Assembly: GCA_037441185.1 (NCBI GenBank) | Contig: JBBISP010000005.1 | Span: forward strand, 5,889 to 69,888 | Reading direction: 5' to 3' | From: Nitrospirota bacterium | GTDB lineage: Bacteria; Nitrospirota; Thermodesulfovibrionia; Thermodesulfovibrionales; Dissulfurispiraceae | DNA: 64,000 nt | Shown: in pieces, positions 60,990-64,000 of the stretch | How the letters are laid out: the number at the start of each line of letters is the position of its first letter | Position numbering within the stretch: the stretch's first letter is position 1 | Translations under genes and position numbers: made by a program | Notes under the pieces: generated by a model | Told to the model about the DNA's origin: nothing | Seen by the model: only the letters and a program-made list of their open reading frames with translations | Database searches by the model: none

Positions 60990-62187
60990 ATAAAAATAAC
61001 TCCTTTCCAATTTTCTTTGTGTCTTTATATTTCTGTTCTTGTATTGGGAAATAGAGTTGGAAACAGGTTCCTTGTCCCCATTTGCTTTTTACTTTTATAA
61101 TGCCTTCATGAGCCTGCATTATCTTTGATGCAATCGTCAAGCCAAGTCCTGTGCCTTTTTCCTTTGTGCTGAAAAAGGGGTCAAATATTTTTTCTATATT
61201 TTCCTGCCTTATGCCTTCTCCCTCATCGTAGAAATTAGCTACTATAAATTCCCCTTCCTTGCTTATATTTATCGTAATAGCACCGCCATCAGGTGTAATA
61301 CTGATAGCATTTAAGAGAATATTCAAAAAAACCTGTTTTAGAAGTTCTTTATCTCCGGATATTAAGGAATCATCTGATACATCCTTGAAAAGCCTTATCC
61401 CCCGGCTTTCTATCATCGGCATGAGCATATCAATGGAATCGTCAATAACAACAGAAAGGTCTATGGTATTAAATCGTGGTTTTTGAGGTTTTGCAAAAAA
61501 CAACATATTTGTAAGAATGTTATTAAGACTCTTTATGCCATTGGATATGCCGTTTGCAAGCCCTGTATGAGATGTGCCTTGAAGCTCGTTTTTGAGCATG
61601 CTTGCATAAAGTTCGATGCTGCATAATGGACTCCTTATTTCATGAACTATCTTCGCAGCCATCTCTCCCATAGCGATCAGTCTTTTGTTCCTCTCATGAT
61701 TCGCCTCCAGTTCCTTTAGTCTTGTGATATCCTTCAAAAGCATTACGCGGCCTCTCACAAATTTAGGAGAGGTTGAATCAAAAATGTCTGAGACTGTGAA
61801 AAGCACATTGTATCTTTTGCCATTTGCAATGACAATGGTCTCTGCATCCTCCTTTACAAGCGAAATGCCAAGACTGTGAAAGGCATTGCCGACAGCGCAT
61901 TCAAGACTCAATTCGAGCATTTCTTCTGCTGCCTTGTTTATCATTGTGACATTGCCGTCATGGTCAAGCACCACAATCGCCTCTCCTATGCTTTGCAGTA
62001 TGCATTTCAAATAATCCTTTGTCATTTTTGTTTCATGCAGGGCATTGCTGAGTTCAAGATTCTTTTTTTCCAACTCCATGGTGAGGTGATCTATTCTCTC
62101 CTGAAGTTTTTCGTAATATGCCTCAACTTTTTTTGCTGCAGCACTAAAATTGCAAAAAGCATCGCTAAGACGGCTTAACTCATCCAT
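60967..62187 (-). CDS. Cytoplasmic PAS sensor histidine kinase, FlrB/FleS-like partner
   Basis: PAS region, H-box AAKIVHEIRSPLCSIELYASML, and HATPase motifs (NAISITPDGG, DEGEGI, GTGLGLTIA). Confidence 0.85.
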   Translation of the reverse strand: MDELSRLSDAFCNFSAAAKKVEAYYEKLQERIDHLTMELEKKNLELSNALHETKMTKDYLKCILQSIGEAIVVLDHDGNVTMINKAAEEMLELSLECAVGNAFHSLGISLVKEDAETIVIANGKRYNVLFTVSDIFDSTSPKFVRGRVMLLKDITRLKELEANHERNKRLIAMGEMAAKIVHEIRSPLCSIELYASMLKNELQGTSHTGLANGISNGIKSLNNILTNMLFFAKPQKPRFNTIDLSVVIDDSIDMLMPMIESRGIRLFKDVSDDSLISGDKELLKQVFLNILLNAISITPDGGAITINISKEGEFIVANFYDEGEGIRQENIEKIFDPFFSTKEKGTGLGLTIASKIMQAHEGIIKVKSKWGQGTCFQLYFPIQEQKYKDTKKIGKELFLYEANPYC

Positions 62188-62188
62188 A

Positions 62189-63982
62189 TTAAAATATCTC
62201 CATTGTTTTTCTGTTTATATCGAGTTCCCTGAGTCTTATATTCGACATCTTAACCAAGATTGGATCATTTCTAATCTTGCCAAGACTATTGTCTTCGTTA
62301 TCTATATTTCCTATCGCTGAAACTCTGTACAACACCCACTCATTTGAAGGATCCCTATCCATGGCAAGCTTGTAATAGTTCAGGGCTTCTGTCGTCCTGC
62401 CTTGTTCATAAAGGATATCTGCAAGCCTGATATACGCCCATGAATCGCTTCCTACATTCTTAAGCGCCCTTTCATACACTACTATAGCCTTCTTAATGTC
62501 TTTTGCTGCTGCAAGTGTCTTTCCGAGCAAATCGAGGTCTTCACTGCTCAGATTCTTGATTGACAATAACAGTTCTGCCGAAGAATCGCCATTTTCTTTT
62601 ATAAAGTGCATCCTTGCTTCCATTCTCTTGATGTCATCTCCAGATGCCTTCATGCCTTTTAGCATCTTAATATACTCCTCAGCCTTGTTTGCATCTCCTA
62701 TATCTGCATAAAAATTAAATATTGCAGAGATGCTCAGTATCTTTGCATCTTTCGAGCCATATTTTGAAAGCCATAAATATATCTCAAAAAATAAGATGCC
62801 TTTATTTTCTAATGCCTCTGCAGCCTTTAAAAGTGTCTGCTCCCTTGAACCGTCAAACATCCACTTTCCCATCGACTGCCACAGTTCAACAAAAAGCGAT
62901 TTATCTTTCTCTATTGCATACAGTATAACCTCCTCAAGTTCATCCAGCGCATTCCTTCTAAAAGATGAAGCGCTGAATACTATTTCTCTTAATAGGGATA
63001 CTGCTCTGCTGAACTGATCCTTTTGTCTATAAAGTCCAGACAGCCTGAGAATCGCTTCATAATATTCACTGCCATAAGGATATTCGTATCTTATAGTTTC
63101 AAGATTCCCTATTGCCTCGTTCATTTTCCCTGATTTAAGATGTATATCGGCAAGATTAAGCAATGCCTGTCTTTTTATTTTCCTATCCTTTGAAAGAAGC
63201 GCAAGATTGAAATATTTAATAGCCTCCTGCATCCTTGACTCATCTGCCGCAATCAATCCAAGACTTATAGATGCTTTATCCTTAAATCGACTGTCCTGCA
63301 CTAACAATAGATATCTCTTTGCCTCCAAATATTTATTCATCAATCTGAGATTCTCTCCAAAATAATAGAGGCTCTCAGCGTCTTTCTTTATATGCTCACT
63401 GTTTTTTTGTATTGCTGACATATAAATATCATTCGCTTCTTTCATCATCATAAGTCTCTGGAGGGTATTTGCTTTTCCAAAGACAGCATCAGGTGTGTCA
63501 CTAGCTAACTCATAATGCCTTAATGCCTCTCTCAAAAGTCCTATTGCTGACATGCTTTTTGCAAGACCAAGATGGGCTTGCTGAATATATTTTGAATCAG
63601 GAAATTCCTTTATAAATCTGAGATAGTCAATTCTTGCTTCATAAAAGTATTCCATATCAAGATATGAGTGCGCCCTTTCAAGGAGAGACAATGCCTTCAA
63701 ATCGCCGGTTGAATAGATGTAGGCCATTCTCAGATTTTCTACTGCCATAGATGTCTTTTTGATTTCTCTTAACGTCTTTCCGTAGATGAAATAGTAATAA
63801 GGGAGGGATGAATCATCTGCCTGATATTCAGAAATGGTGTTAATCGCCTCTTGGGGCTTGTGCTCTTTTAAAAGGTCCCATGCTTTTTTAAGCTGCTGCG
63901 GTTTTATAATGTCATCGATTGACTCTGCCCATGAATTAATAGGCATTATTAACACTAACAATATTAATAACCATTTATTCAT
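62189..63982 (-). CDS. Secreted tetratricopeptide-repeat (TPR) protein
   Basis: Signal peptide MNKWLLILLVLIMPINSWA, followed by many TPR-like A..Y..AL...P units. Confidence 0.8.
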   Translation of the reverse strand: MNKWLLILLVLIMPINSWAESIDDIIKPQQLKKAWDLLKEHKPQEAINTISEYQADDSSLPYYYFIYGKTLREIKKTSMAVENLRMAYIYSTGDLKALSLLERAHSYLDMEYFYEARIDYLRFIKEFPDSKYIQQAHLGLAKSMSAIGLLREALRHYELASDTPDAVFGKANTLQRLMMMKEANDIYMSAIQKNSEHIKKDAESLYYFGENLRLMNKYLEAKRYLLLVQDSRFKDKASISLGLIAADESRMQEAIKYFNLALLSKDRKIKRQALLNLADIHLKSGKMNEAIGNLETIRYEYPYGSEYYEAILRLSGLYRQKDQFSRAVSLLREIVFSASSFRRNALDELEEVILYAIEKDKSLFVELWQSMGKWMFDGSREQTLLKAAEALENKGILFFEIYLWLSKYGSKDAKILSISAIFNFYADIGDANKAEEYIKMLKGMKASGDDIKRMEARMHFIKENGDSSAELLLSIKNLSSEDLDLLGKTLAAAKDIKKAIVVYERALKNVGSDSWAYIRLADILYEQGRTTEALNYYKLAMDRDPSNEWVLYRVSAIGNIDNEDNSLGKIRNDPILVKMSNIRLRELDINRKTMEIF

Positions 63983-64000
63983 GCAAAATTATTAGCAATT

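Noticed and set aside
1-64000. Mobile elements, prophage, toxin-antitoxin or anti-phage defence systems
   Set aside because: I looked for transposases, integrases, nucleases or helicases, and small paired ORFs on both strands and found none. Every sizeable ORF is accounted for by flagellar, chemotaxis, signalling or housekeeping families.

Overview
From about 3.9 kb to the right edge, every gene in this visibly AT-rich window lies on the minus strand. Together they form one very large flagellar and chemotaxis gene supercluster of a diderm bacterium (L-ring FlgH and P-ring FlgI are present). It encodes the rod, hook, filament, C-ring and export apparatus, FlhF/FlhG, FliA (sigma-28), FlgM, the FliW/CsrA pair, a sigma-54 enhancer-binding two-component pair, two stator sets and a complete Che pathway. 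The left 3.9 kb holds unrelated housekeeping genes: an SDR fragment, glgC, a DUF488 gene and an ATP-dependent DNA ligase. I found no rRNA, tRNA, CRISPR array, transposase, prophage or recognisable defence genes. By eye I located four sigma-28-type promoters and three TGGCAT-type (sigma-54-like) promoters in the expected intergenic gaps. The items most worth a second look are listed below.
- A sigma-28-driven nine-gene operon wires a PAS kinase, two response regulators (one REC-GAF-HD-GYP) and a YcgR-like PilZ protein directly between two MotA/MotB stator pairs.
- One protein fuses a CheW domain to a full CheZ, next to a CheA that lacks a P2 domain.
- A second, paralogous FliK-like / FlhB-C-terminal-like pair sits in the late operon.
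- Heptanucleotide-periodic intergenic repeats occur at several sites, and one places three GGA motifs directly in front of csrA.
- A pair of REP-like palindromes and a 102-nt in-frame duplication lie inside fliK.
- One MCP carries a CZB zinc-binding motif in its predicted periplasmic domain.
All functional calls come from motif and family recognition by eye. No database search was possible.
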